This document shows positions 37,027 to 49,911 of a stretch of DNA of 64,000 bases, piece by piece. The DNA is from Novakomyces olei. Taxonomy: Eukaryota. Positions within the stretch are counted from its first letter, which is position 1; every line of letters starts with the position of its first letter. Position numbers and translations under genes: made by a program. The notes under the pieces were generated by a model, which had not been told where the DNA came from, made no database searches, and saw only the letters and a program-made list of their open reading frames with translations. The stretch lies in contig JADEYG010000001.1 in the NCBI GenBank assembly GCA_016906335.1, positions 744,001 through 808,000 on the forward strand, in the 5' to 3' direction.

Positions 37027-37116
37027 TAATTATCATACAAATTTTCTTCCTTGGGCGCAGAGCCAGCAATACATTCTACAAAATACAATCCACCTAAACT
37101 GCTGTGCTCACGTGCA

Positions 37117-37467
37117 ATGGCTCAGCCATCGGCGCAAGTTGTCGATTTTGATGACGTTATATTCGATCGAGCGATAGATTCGCTTGACGGAGATCTTTTA
37201 CTGCGTGAATACGCGCGTTTGGCACAGTCTTTAACTCATTTACAGCGCTCTAATCGCGAACTCTCTGCTTATTTAGACGAGCAAAACTCGGACGACGATG
37301 GCGTTGTTCGCGAAAGCATTTCCGAAAATTTGGAGACAATGGCAAAACAGCGACAGCGCTGCCAAAAGATCTTGAGCGAGTGTGATCGCCGAGGGATACC
37401 GCGGCCGTTTGAGCCGACTGAGCATGTTCCAGCTGGGACTGATGACGGGGACGGCGTTTCTATTTGA
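37117..37467 (+). CDS. Small hypothetical coiled-coil protein
   Basis: 116-aa ORF with pattern E..RL.QSL.HL.RSN.EL...EN...M..QR.R, which recalls small conserved fungal proteins. Confidence 0.65.
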   Translation: MAQPSAQVVDFDDVIFDRAIDSLDGDLLLREYARLAQSLTHLQRSNRELSAYLDEQNSDDDGVVRESISENLETMAKQRQRCQKILSECDRRGIPRPFEPTEHVPAGTDDGDGVSI

Positions 37468-37652
37468 TTCCAGTATTATTAGATCGCTCCAACGGCAGCT
37501 GACATGGGTATACTAGACAAGTTTACTAGTCACGTATACTAGTCAAGTATACTAGACAAGTTTACTAGTTGAGCTGGTCGTAGAGCGTTCACGGGTAGAG
37601 TGAACCAGCCATGAGCTATGCGCTAGTCAAACGATAAATTTAAGAGTATATT

Positions 37653-40264
37653 CTATTTGAAAAAGGACATTGATTTGCCCTGGCTCGCGACACCTCGTCT
37701 CGCCGTCTCAGCAGGATTCCGTACAATATTTTCATGCTCTTGTATACGGCTGCTGTGGCCCTGGGGTGTACTGCCCTTCTTATACTTGGACTGCTTTTTC
37801 CGGTCTGGCGCTTCTGACGGAGTATAAAACGACGACATGATATCTTGAGCCGCCTCGTCAAAGTCAATCGCGTTTGCCGCAGATGTAACGGGGCTATCAT
37901 CGGCTTTTTCTTTGCGCTCAACAGGTTTCTCCGTCTCCAGTTGCTCAGCCTTTACCGGCTCAGATCTCGCTTGCTTGGGCGGATCGGGTTTCCGAAACTT
38001 TTTGCCCATCTGCCGAATTGTGATTACTTCGTTCTTTCTCTTTGCCTTGCTAGACTTGAACTCGTGCTCCGCTACTGCAGCCGCCTTCGTATCTCGCTTG
38101 GCTTGTTCCTCCGCTTCCACTCCCACCGTCTCATCCACCTTTTTATTGCCCTTGTCTTCAAATATCCTTTGCCTCTCTTTTTCTCGTCTCTCTTTTTCAC
38201 ACTTGTCTTTTTCCTCTGTCTCCCTTTTAATTTCCAATTCTACCATGGCCGGGTCACGGAACACCTCGGCAGACAGATTTGGTAGTACGACGTGCATCCG
38301 TACGTGGTCGCGTCTATTATCTTGGGGATTATTGGCAAAAGATGATTTCCAAAACAAAGACTGCTCTGCTTCCAGGTTTTGTATCTGTGCCGACTGACTA
38401 TCAACTGCAAAAACATCAGTCTGCGGCAATGGAAACGACTCTGTGTTGGGGGGAAATCGTTTATGTATGCTCTTTTGCATCGAAACCTTCACTGCGCTTT
38501 CGAGAGTTACAGGCTCTTGCCTATGTGGAGGCTCCATACGGGGCGCTATAAGAGCCTCTTGAACTACCCTCACAATTTCGTCGCTGAGGGAAGAGTCTAT
38601 TTGTCGAAAATACCGTCTAAAATCTTCCCTCGATTGTGGAAGCATTTGTGCAATTGCAACAAGGTCCCGATTAGATACAACAAACAAAGGTGAATCATCC
38701 CGTCTTCGAGCCAGTTCATCCCGCCATTTGTGAAGTAAACTCAGCGCCGTAAACTTTGAAGCATCCCACTCGTGTTTCATGTATAGCCGGTTCAATGCAC
38801 CACCCCAGCTTTTCCTATTATCTTTGTGCATTGGATCATATGATGTTTTACAATAAATTTGCAAGGCTTCCCTGTTAGAGCCCTCACGAACTCGCTCAAT
38901 CGCATCTCGGCCCCGGGTGAGCAATTGAGCCCTTAATTGGTCGTAAATGTATAGTAAAAAATGGGTATCGCTCTGTGCATAACTCAGCATTGGGCCTGGC
39001 AATGGCCGAATCCTCCAGTCGGCCATTTGCAGTCTCTTGTCCGCATCAAAATCGCAGTATGCCTTAAGCAAGTAACCGAGCCCATGGGCCTCCAAATCTA
39101 GGACTCGGGACGCATGGTACGTATCAAACATATTTACAATATAAAGTCCAAAGTCACGCTGTAACCAAATGATATCCGACTGAGCTCCATGTAGTACTTT
39201 AATTTTTGAGGGGTCCGTAAAGACTCCATTCAGGATTTGCAGCTCTTTACGGAGCTTTAGGGTATCGACGATCCAATCATGCTCACGACTGCTGATCTGC
39301 ATCAAGCAGACAAAGCCCCGATAAGACCGAAGATCGTGATGCTCTAAATCAATAGCAATTTCACGTGAAGCTTCCAGTTGCCGGACAAGATCATTCAAAT
39401 CTTGAAGAGTACTGACCCAGATTGGCGGCTGCATATGCTTTGGAAGTTTGCTCAAGTTCGAAACATCATAGACATAGCTGGGATACTTTGCTGCTCTTAT
39501 TTCCTCTCCGTACGGGTGCGTTGGTATCAATGTGCCATCCGATCCCTTTGTATACTGAGCATCTAAAGGTACAATAGCGTTTGGTTTACTCGTTAGCTTC
39601 CAGCGCCATAACTCGTCATCGTTATCCGCAGGGCCGCTTGTAAAATGCAATTGCGGTTTTTTCATTGAAGACCGCGCAGAATACTCTGCCGGCAAAGACC
39701 GATAAAGCTTAGATTTCTGTTGTGCACGAGACTCGGTAGCCGTACCTGCTTCATTTTCAAGGCTGCGATCCGTGCTTACTTTTCCCAAATGCTGATCCAA
39801 GCATACGTCCTACACTCTGTTAGTACTTGAATTCACGAAAAAAAAAATATAAACAACTAGATGCTCCATCTAACTTGTGTTTAATTTGTGTTTAATTTGT
39901 TTTTAATTTATTCCTGTTGTTTTGTTCTCTTCATATTCTTGTTTTTTGATCGGCCTACCGTTTTTTCATATAAAAAGTCAAGAGTATCAATGATCTCACT
40001 CCAGTGCCCTGTCAAATCATCTTCATCCTCAAAATCCGATTTATGATGTACTTTTGCCGGCCGCGCAGTGTCTAGTAATACTTGCAAAATACTCTGTAAT
40101 CGCTGTTTCTCTTCGTCAAGTCTGCGACTCAGGCCCCGATCCAGGGTACGGTGGAACGCTATATCTTGATTGGCTACATTAGAAACTGCCCCGGTAGTGC
40201 CGATGAGAGCAGAAAATAACTGCTCTTGTAAGCCCTTTAACTGCTCGGGATTCCAAGCAGCCAT
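37653..40264 (-). CDS. RRP6: Exosome 3'-5' exonuclease Rrp6
   Basis: PMC2NT N-terminus, IAIDLEHH..RSY.GFVCLMQIS, DWRIRPL, and HRDC domain (WRD.LAR..D.S); one intron ~39811-39958. Confidence 0.97.
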
Positions 40265-40688
40265 GGCAAGAGACCTGCATATATTTGCAATTTACTATAA
40301 TAAAGATTATGCGCATAGAATTGTAATAATATTTATCTGTTTGATAATTAATTAAACAAAATAAAAATAAAAATAAAAATAAAAATAAAAATAAAAATAA
40401 AATCTGAAATTTTATTTCAATAATGAATGGTAATATATTAAATAAGAATGTTTAAATTTCAGGCTTATTTTCTATACATCACGACGCATGCAAGCACAAG
40501 TCGATACACAATAAAATGAAATTTTCTCTTCTAGCCTACTGCTACAGACTACAGGGAGTAGGTTTTCCTCAATGCATAGTTGCACAATGGATAATTTACA
40601 GAAAACAGAGCAACACGTAACAGTTTGTGGTGGTCTTACGAATAGATATTTTACGTTGCTTTTTGCATAAAAGCCACTCCATGCCTCT

Positions 40689-42837
40689 CTATCTCCGACC
40701 CTGTAATTTCGCCATTATTTCTGCAATCTGCTGGGACGCATGGCCCTGCTGTTGAGCCGAAGACGGAGGCGTTCCTGCTGTTCCTTGGGAAGCAGCAGCA
40801 GCAGCAGCTGCTGCTGCTGCTGGCGGCATCTGATAACCTCCAGGAAGAGTTGGAAGGCTCTGTCCATAGAGCTGTGAGGCTAGGTACGGATTTTCCAGAG
40901 CATTTGCCGGATATTTCGAAGGCGGTTGCTGCTGTGGCTGTAAGACTCCTAAATTCTGAGACTGGCTCAGCGAAGTTATAACAGATTGCAATGTGATCGG
41001 GTCAAGAGTAGAGGCCAACGCCGCCAACTGCTGGTTAGGAGCAGCCGCATTGAGAACAGGAAAAGTGGATTGTGGAGCCATTGAGGCTCGTGCAGCAGGA
41101 TTGTTTGCAGCTTTTGCTCTTAAAACAAGCTGAACACCAGAATTGATATCGACCATGTCGTATTCTGTATGTCAGTTGAGTTAAAGCAACAATGAACGAA
41201 TAGTTAATAAAGCATAATAAATATAAACATAAACATAAACATAAACATAAATAAATAACGGGCATACCATCAAACCGCACGTTAGAGTACCCACTACTCC
41301 GATCAAATACTTGCAATGACAACTTCATCTCATACTGATGCCTTCGATCGAGAATAGCAACGGCACAGGCTCCCTCAGACACAACTTGGCGTATAACCGA
41401 TTGTAAAGAGACCCGCTGTGGCAGCCAAAATACATCTGTCAACAGTCCAACAGAGCGAAAAGCAGACTCCACTTTCCATACAAAACTTCTGTCCAAGTCG
41501 TCCATTATTACCAACTGGATTTCTGGGATATCTTGAGGGCTACGTTTAATAATATTGTGATCACCAGGCGAAGATGACCGGACAGGTCTATCTCGAGAAC
41601 GGTCACGGTCACGGTCACGGTCCCAGTGGTCCCGATCACGTCGATAAGAGAGCGGAGAGTGAGTAGTCCGACGCCATCTGTCCCCAGAAAATCCTGCAGA
41701 ATTCCCAGCTGTATCATCAAAGTCACGTAACCGTCTATTTGGCGGGGAACGACCTCGGCGATCAGGCGACCTTGTACGCCTATAACTGCTGCTGCTGTTA
41801 TTGTTGTTATACGCATTATTGTTACTGCCCCGCCTGGAATCTGGCAATGAACCAGCTTCTTTTTTCTTTTGCGTCTTTGATATTTCCAAGTTCACACGCC
41901 CGTGGCATATAACGGCCCCTTGCTCCGTAGCTATAGCGTTTTTGCAATCCTTGGGATCGAGAAACTGGACAAAGCCGTAAACCTGCTTCACAGAAATCTG
42001 TGCAAGTTCACCATACTTTGCAAAAACTTTCCACAGCGCACGTTTAGCAAGTTTATCTGAGCGCAAATTGCCCACAAAGAGCCGAGATCCGTCGGGGAAG
42101 GTACCGGGAACCCATCGGTCCATCACCCTCTTCTCCTTGTCCACAAAACGTCGGAACAAGTCTTCCTCTTGAGGCGTTAAATTTCCGTCACTCGAAGATG
42201 GACCGGTGTAGTCGCCGCCAGCAGCAGCAGAATAATTAGTAGTATAATCAGCAGTTGCTTGTGTACTAGGGGGTGATTGATTGGAGGATTGTGGTGGCTG
42301 AGTGGATGAAGCTGGAGTAATTCTAGCAAGCAAGTCTTGCAGGTTAACATTTGGCGAAATGCTTTCTGCATTATTTTCAGACTGGTCTTTTGCACCATCA
42401 TAAGAATGAATGTTTTCCGGATCATAGATATCGTCTTCGTCTTCAGGCTGGGTGGAAGGTTTCACCACCTCCTCTTTGGAGGCGGCGGCAGTATGCCGAG
42501 TTTGCTCAAGATCATGCTGCGTTTGGAGAAGTGGAATCGACTGAGGGTTATCAATAGCCATCATGGGTTTGGGTGAAGCGATTTCGGGTGGTTCGCTCTC
42601 AATATGGGGTTCAGGCAAATGGTCATTTTGTGGCTGCTCCTGGATTGCTATAGCAGCACTTTCTGTGGGCTCAGTCTGATTAGGCGCCTCGTGCGGCTCA
42701 GGCTGTCCGGACTGATCGGGCTGCTCAGGCTGATCGGACTGCTCAGGCTGGTCGGTCTGCTCAGGCTGATCGGGCGGCTGCTCAGGCTGATCGCCGGCTG
42801 GAGACTTTGGAGCTGGATCCTGGTCGGTGTCAGCCAT
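40689..42837 (-). CDS. Nab3/NCOA5-like RRM protein
   Basis: RRM (SRLFVGNL...YGFVQF), RD/RS-rich region and anticodon-binding-like domain; one intron ~41165-41266. Confidence 0.85.
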
Positions 42838-43324
42838 AGTTCAGAGCTGGATCAAGCGGTTTCAAGTAATATTCTAAGGTTTCTTGACCAGATGTTTCAC
42901 TGGTCTGTTTGATCTGTTTGATCTTTTTCCTCGGGGATTAGCTTAGACGGATATATATGGCCGTAAAAAATCTGGTATGGCGAACAAAGGCAAGTTCGTA
43001 GCTCGGGACTTCAGTGCATTCAGCACGATGTGTGGTAGAGCCGTTTCGACGGCGACGCTTTCATACGTCTCTGGGATTAAGCGTCAGCTTGGGTATTTGT
43101 CGGTAGAATAGTATACCGCGCAAGGAGCTTAATTGTTTATTATTTAGTATAATAAGAATAATCACATAATATAAATATAAATATAAATATTAATATGATT
43201 AATATAATATAATATAATATAATAATAATATAATATAATAAAAATTATATAGCATCGCAAGTAGCATGGCTGTAATGTGGATATTAACATCAGAGGAATA
43301 TTGTGTGGGGACTGCGTAAACTGC

Positions 43325-43402
43325 AATAAATAAATAAAATAAATAAAATAAATAAAATAAATAAAATAAATAAAATAAATAAAATAAATAAAATAAATAA
43401 AA

Positions 43403-43449
<47 letters not shown>

Positions 43450-43451
43450 AT
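43325..43451. repeat. Compound (AAATAAAAT)n/(AAAT)n microsatellite
   Basis: Tandem array seen directly. Confidence 0.95.
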
Positions 43452-43603
43452 ATTTATTCCCTTTTTCTGTGCTTTGGATTATATCGACGGCCATAATGCT
43501 TTCATGCGTCCCGGGATGACTATGGGTCAGAGAATCTATATTGCAGACTATACGTTTTAGCCTTTGAAAACTCTGTTTATCGACATAAAGTGGAGAATCG
43601 GGG

Positions 43604-44423
43604 ATGTATAAAAGGTGGAGCTGTCTGCCTGCGTTTAGATACCAAACACAGACGTCATTGCCACGGTTCTACTCTCTTAATTCAAACGGTAATATAGTGT
43701 AGCGATATAATGTTTACGATGTACATTAGTTGGCTGCGAAAAGAATTGGGAAAAATTACAAAAAATTTCAAGGCTCCGTTCTAATCTGATTGCAGACAAA
43801 CAATTCCTGTCCAAGTTTCCATCAGTTTTGCAAGCTCTACGAAATGCGACAGACAATCCGTTTCAAATAAGTTTTTCTCGCAGTGGCGGGTCCGGTGGGC
43901 AAAATGTAAACAAAGTGAATACAAAGGCTTCGTTGCGATGCCCACTCAACGACAGACGGCTCGGTCTGCCAGAGACCGTGATTCAAAGGCTTCGCGAGCT
44001 GCCCGAGGTATTGTGCTGTGATTGTTTAATTTAATATGATTATTACATACTCTGTTGATATATACATTTTCTATATGCCAAAATTTGTACTGAAAATTCT
44101 AGTTTTCACGGTATTTGGTCTCAGACAAGTCGGAAATCCTTGTCCAATCACAGGCGTTCCGTACGCAATACGAGAACGTAAATGCGTGCTATGATAAATT
44201 CATAAAGCTTTTCACCCAGCTGGAGGCGACTATTCCCACAGAACAGTCGCAGCAAAGTAAAGATCGCATAAAGCGATTGTATGCCACCATCATTTTGCTT
44301 GACTTTTGACGCTAACAGATTCACAGAAAGAGAGCAGAGATGGATCGCAAAAAGGACCTGAAAACTAAACATAGTCAAAAGAAAGATTCACGTCGTAAGA
44401 AAGGCGGCAGTGATTCTTGGTGA
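43604..44423 (+). CDS. PTH4: Mitochondrial peptidyl-tRNA hydrolase Pth4/ICT1 (RF-1 domain)
   Basis: FSRSGGSGGQNVNKVNTKA (GGQ motif), SQ..RTQ..N, basic C-terminal tail and presequence-like first exon. Confidence 0.88.
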
Positions 44424-44472
44424 TGATCTAGACCATTGAGCATAGAATTTCGCGAGACAAAATGAAATTGTT

Positions 44473-45641
44473 CTAAACAATTCCGTTAACTTGAGCCTTG
44501 GCACGCACTGCATCAGCTGCCTCTTCTTTGCCAATACCTTCTAGTATATGAGCCCATTTCTCGACATGGCTACCTTCAAGGTACCCACCACGATCTGCCC
44601 GATCGAACAAGGATAATAGAATAGCCTGAGAAATGGAATGAAACTGCTCATTTTTGGACTGCTCGCTAAACGAGACAAGTTCGGTCATGGCATAATGGAG
44701 AATTTGTAGCTGTGCTGGTGCATCCAAGTCTTTAGTTTCATTTATTCCCTTTACAAAGTCCCGTAGTGCATTAGCAAATTCCGTACTTGATGTAGCAGTT
44801 TTGACTGGAATCCATATCCGTTGAAACAGAATACAAGGAGAAGTGATACGGTTGGCGGCGGCGTTATCAAGGATTAGGGTTTCCGTATCCCGAACAAAAT
44901 CATAGCTCGGCATAAATTCACAGGCCCGTAGAAATTCTTCATAGAGCCCTTGTGATTTTGGTAATTTTTCAACAGCATGTGTAACAATCGCCTTGGGAAT
45001 AGCACCCTGTAGAATAGCCTTAAACGCTGCATTTCGCTCGATATCAAATTGTGTCTCTTCCACCTCTGACTGCCCCTCTTCCTGCATCTTTGGCAGACGT
45101 ATAGTACCATTCTCATCTTCTTCTAGTCCCATATCGTCTTTGACCTCATTACTTTCTTCCGCCTTGGCCTCTGTATCATCAATGCCCAAGACCTTTCTGC
45201 GGGCCATTAACTTTGCGATAAAATCCATTTCCAATCGGAAATACGCGATCCACATATCGGGTTCGTACAAGCACAGGTTAAGTCCACGCTGCATTAAAGC
45301 TCGTGCGGCCGTCATGCTACCATTATTATCAAATTCATGACGTGCTGCCTCGACCCAGAACAATGGCTTTGTAGGATGGTGTTGGATAGCACGTCCATAT
45401 ATTTCTGCCAGGGCTTTCCAGGACCGTTCTTTTTGCGCATACGCAATGCTCTGCCGCCATAGATCGATGTCACCATGAAAACGGGATGTAGCGCGCTTAT
45501 AAATGAAGAGGATCCTCCGTTTTCCACCAAAGTCAGAAGCACCCGGTTTTCCTTTTTGCAAATCTTTATTGTGAGTCAATATTCATGTTCATGATAAAAA
45601 CAATTTAAAATTAATTAGAAACAAACAAACAAACAAACAAA

Positions 45642-45672
<31 letters not shown>

Positions 45673-45996
45673 ACTAATTAACTAATTAACAAAGAAATCG
45701 GGGAAAAGAAAGGTTGTCATACTCAGTTTGTTCACCCGTAAGAGCCTTAACGCATCCAAGTGGCGCTCATATTCGACATAGCGTAAAAAGTCGCCTAGCA
45801 GGGGCTGTCTGCGAGCCAAAGCATTCTCAAACTCTGTACGCTTTTTGACTATCGCCTTGATTTCGGTATCGGTAAAGATGCCCTTTTTTTGCAAATCTAA
45901 AATTTCCGGGATGCTCTGTTTCGGTTAGACTAGATTCACAGCTGCTAATTCCTATTGACTTGCCCGCTCCAAGTAGTATCGTGCCTTGTCTGCCAT
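44473..45996 (-). CDS. UTP6: U3 snoRNP protein Utp6 (HAT repeats)
   Basis: MADKARYYLER|SIPEILDL..KGIF...IVKKRTEFE...YVEYE, IYKRAT.RF.GD..LW, and ARALMQRGL. Confidence 0.93.
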
Positions 45997-46134
45997 TGGA
46001 AAAGTGTGTCGCAAATTCTACGTGTGCTGCTCATAGAAAAATAAATATGCGATAACAGATTTCGTAAAAATTCGACGAAAAATAGTGGCTGCTGAGTTTT
46101 TCCCGTATACTTAAAATAACATCAATATTATAAA

Positions 46135-46538
46135 AATATAAATATAAATATAAATATAAATATAAATATAAATATAAATATAAATATAAATATAAATATA
46201 AATATAAATATAAATATAAATATAAATATAAATATAAATATAAATATAAATATAAATATAAATATAAATATAAATATAAATATAAATATAAATATAAATA
46301 TAAATATAAATATAAATATAAATATAAATATAAATATAAATATAAATATAAATATAAATATAAATATAAATATAAATATAAATATAAATATAAATATAAA
46401 TATAAATATAAATATAAATATAAATATAAATATAAATATAAATATAAATATAAATATAAATATAAATATAAATATAAATATAAATATAAATATAAATATA
46501 AATATAAATATAAATATAAATATAAATATAAATATAAA
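46135..46538. repeat. (AATATA)n microsatellite, ~67 units
   Basis: Perfect hexamer array. Confidence 0.99.
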
Positions 46539-46714
46539 CAGTCATTAAGAAACTATTGAAATATGGTATACACAACAGGAAAAGCGCTTCAATGAACAGA
46601 CGATAGTTTTATTATACGAAAAATATCTTGATCAAACTAATGCACACGTGGATTCGAATGGGTCAACAAGTCAGGTTTAATTGGTTGGAAAAAAATAATA
46701 ATTTATTCGTAGGT

Positions 46715-48820
46715 TTAATGAGCGAATCTAAAATCTAAACGCTTTGCTCCTTCGTCTTTTGTGTACAATGTGTAGTCAATGCGCTCGTCCTCGCTCAATG
46801 CCTGCCAAACTCGCTCGCGTCTGGCATTGCATTTGACATAGTACAATTTGACAAGTAAAAACAGGACAATATTGAATGCGCATATGGCCAAGAGGATACG
46901 ATTACCCCTATGATCTGTTTGCCAAGTTAGCAAAGGTTATATAATCGTGGTTGGCTGTCGTGCTTAAAATTGAGCTAAAAACGCGATGGATGGCACGTGC
47001 CCAACACTGCAAACAACATTTAATTGAATGAAAAACAAAGAAACAAAAATAATAAAAAAAAACAATAAAATTAGTTTCAACAACTTACAATACGGTCGAT
47101 CGTCTTCGCGGTAGATGTTTGCGCCAACGATGTTCCCGCCTTGAACAAACATGTTGTATAGGGCAGCACTTACCGCCCGAGCTCTAACACTATTTGAGTT
47201 GCGTGAGTTCCAGGCTACAAGAATTGCATGGCAATAAGGGTAAGCAAGAACGCACGAAAGAAGAGCATATCTGATCCAGTAACTAGCACTGTCCGGAATC
47301 AGGACTAGTGACAAGAGAAAGGGAAACATCCAAATGTTTGAAATCATGGAAACGAGCGATCGTTCGCCCACCCATTCACTGATCCTAGAGATAATCAAAA
47401 GATTGACTCCGTAAACGAAAAATGCGGGAATACACAGCAAATTCGCTTGCAGAGTCGAAAAGCCCATTTGACGGATGATAAAGGTGAGATACTGTTGAAT
47501 TGGAGTAGGAGGGATATAGCATGTTAGACCAACGAGATAGAGAGGCCACAAATCAAAGTCTTTAAAGCACTTCCACAAAAGCACCGGGGTCACTGCTTGC
47601 CGATTATTCATGTCGCCCTTTGATGGATCATCCCTCAGCAGCCTGTTCACAAGAATACGCTCTTCATGCTCATTGAACCATCCTTTTCCACGTCCTCGGC
47701 CCGCCGTTTGGTAGGGGCTAGCGGGCATCATAACAAAACTTACAAGGCCAATAATTAGAGTGAGCAGACCTTCAATAAGGAAAAGGTATCGCCATCCAGA
47801 TAGGCCGGAAAGACCACGCATCTGCAGGATTCCAGCGGCTAAAAGTGCGCCGACTATTTGGCATGTGCTCAATACAGTCCAAAACCAAGAGAGTCGAATG
47901 GGCAGCTCTCTCTTCTTGTACCAATAAGTCGTGTACAAGACGAGATCGGGGACGAATCCGCCCATAGCCAGGCCGCTAAAAGTCAGAACAGATCAAGACA
48001 AGAGGCTCATGAGAGGGAGAGAAAATGCAGGGCTAATTGAACAATGAAATTGAGTTGATAAAATAAACAAATAAACAATAAAGATGACGATGACGATGAC
48101 GATGGAACACTAAACAAAAGCCCAAACGCCATTCCATAATCAATTTCAAAATCATCCTGATAACAGAGGATTCAATACCATATACACCTAATTTGTTAGC
48201 AGCATTTCAAACCTGATCACAACTCACTTGCACGCAAAGTAGCCCGCACGACTCAGTAGAGCTGCTTGACAAGCAGCAATGATAGACCAAGACGTAATTA
48301 TCAATGGAATCCATCGATCAGGTCCGACCTTTTTCGATATCAAACCGGACGGGAGTTCAGCTGCCAAGAAAGAAACGAGAAAGATCGTTTGGCCTGTATT
48401 AAAATCGTTTGTATTCATTCCGAGTTCAGGTAACATATTGTCTGAAATCGCCTGATTGGCGTTTCTTCTAATAAGATCGAGAGCAAAAAACATTACCCAA
48501 GCCCAAGTGATAACACGGTAATCAATCTTTCTCCGCAACTTGAGTTCTTCTTCCGCAGTCCATGTAAATGTTGGATCAAATCTATGAAGCCCTTCGTACC
48601 GAGCCTTTTCGTATATCCCACGCCAGTACTCGGCAATCTTTGGGTCTGAAAAAACATGCTTGCCCGTGCTACCATAGTCTTCAACACCAGGATCAGACTC
48701 TTCATCGCTTGTACGCTGAGACGATGTAGCGGTTGCTAGAGTATTGTCATCACGGCCTCGTGTTTCGTATACTTCGTACTGCTTTTCGCTCGCTGTGTCC
48801 TTTGCCGGTGGAGACGCCAT
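46715..48820 (-). CDS. MFS anion:cation symporter (allantoate permease family; Soa1/YIL166C-like)
   Basis: RKIDYRV, ELPS.LISKKVGP.RWIP, GWRYLFLIEG, LRDDPSKGDM.NRQ, and C-terminal RLDFRFAH. Confidence 0.9.
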
Positions 48821-49911
48821 TTCCTGTTGCCTTTACGGTTTGCCTGCCTGATTGCTGCTGCAGGGCAGAGTATAACCCTTTGCAAAGTATAATCCGGCTC
48901 AGAACAAGACTAGTTTATGTAGCAAACAGGACTGCCTGCCTTCCATAAAGTCGGCCGGGCAGGTCTTTTTTATAAGCAAAACGCGCGCGCCCGCGCGCCA
49001 CACTCGGCGCTCTTTTCCAGGCATACCCTGACGCAAGGCCCAATATGCAAAACGGCAAAGGCAAAACGAGTAAAGGCCGTGATCGTTAACGGTGCGTCAA
49101 GTAATGTGGGGTCCCAAACCCTTGGCGTTCTGATCATATTCGTCTATAGGCGAGCGAAGCACGTCATTTGCCAATTGCCTTGTTCATCAGCCGCCAATGG
49201 ATACTCTTGGTACAGTTTCCTTATCGCGATAGTCCCTTTCTGTCACGTAGTGAATTGCCTGATTAGGGTTCGCTTCTAGACGCACTATTGCGTTATATCT
49301 GAACGAGTTGGCTTCGCTTGTATCGCGTCAATTTTGCAGAATGGCAGCATTTGCTCTTTAATTTGCTTTTCTTTTCAATTGCTCAACAGGTTATTGAAGC
49401 GTCGTGCTTTGACGCCATTCTCGGCCAATCAAAGGGAGTCGCCGTATCTTTTGGTCAAAGACACGAGTAATTAATATTTATGACTAGTTGATACTTAAAT
49501 ACGCCAGTTAATACTTAATAACAGCCAGTTTATCGCGTTGTAGTGATTGTGATATGTGAATTTTGTAGGCACAAGAAGAGCAGTAGTTGAGCTTCAATAA
49601 TGACATAAATTCACAGTCGCCACAATTACAGAGACATACACAGACATACACAGACATACAGAGAGAGAGAGCTCCTGCTACAAATTTGATAGAGTCAAAG
49701 GGAGCAACAAACCACGATTCTAAAATTCGTGAATAAAGGAAAAGACAATCACTATATCGTATCCCCACACTCGACAAGATTACTTGAGTATCTGACTGTC
49801 AAATCACGTGCACAGCGCCGGCAAGCAATACAAGATGCAGCTCAGTATATTATTATGTACGCCACTGAAAAAATAAATCCATCTCAACCTCGGCAATCGA
49901 CGCGTAACACG

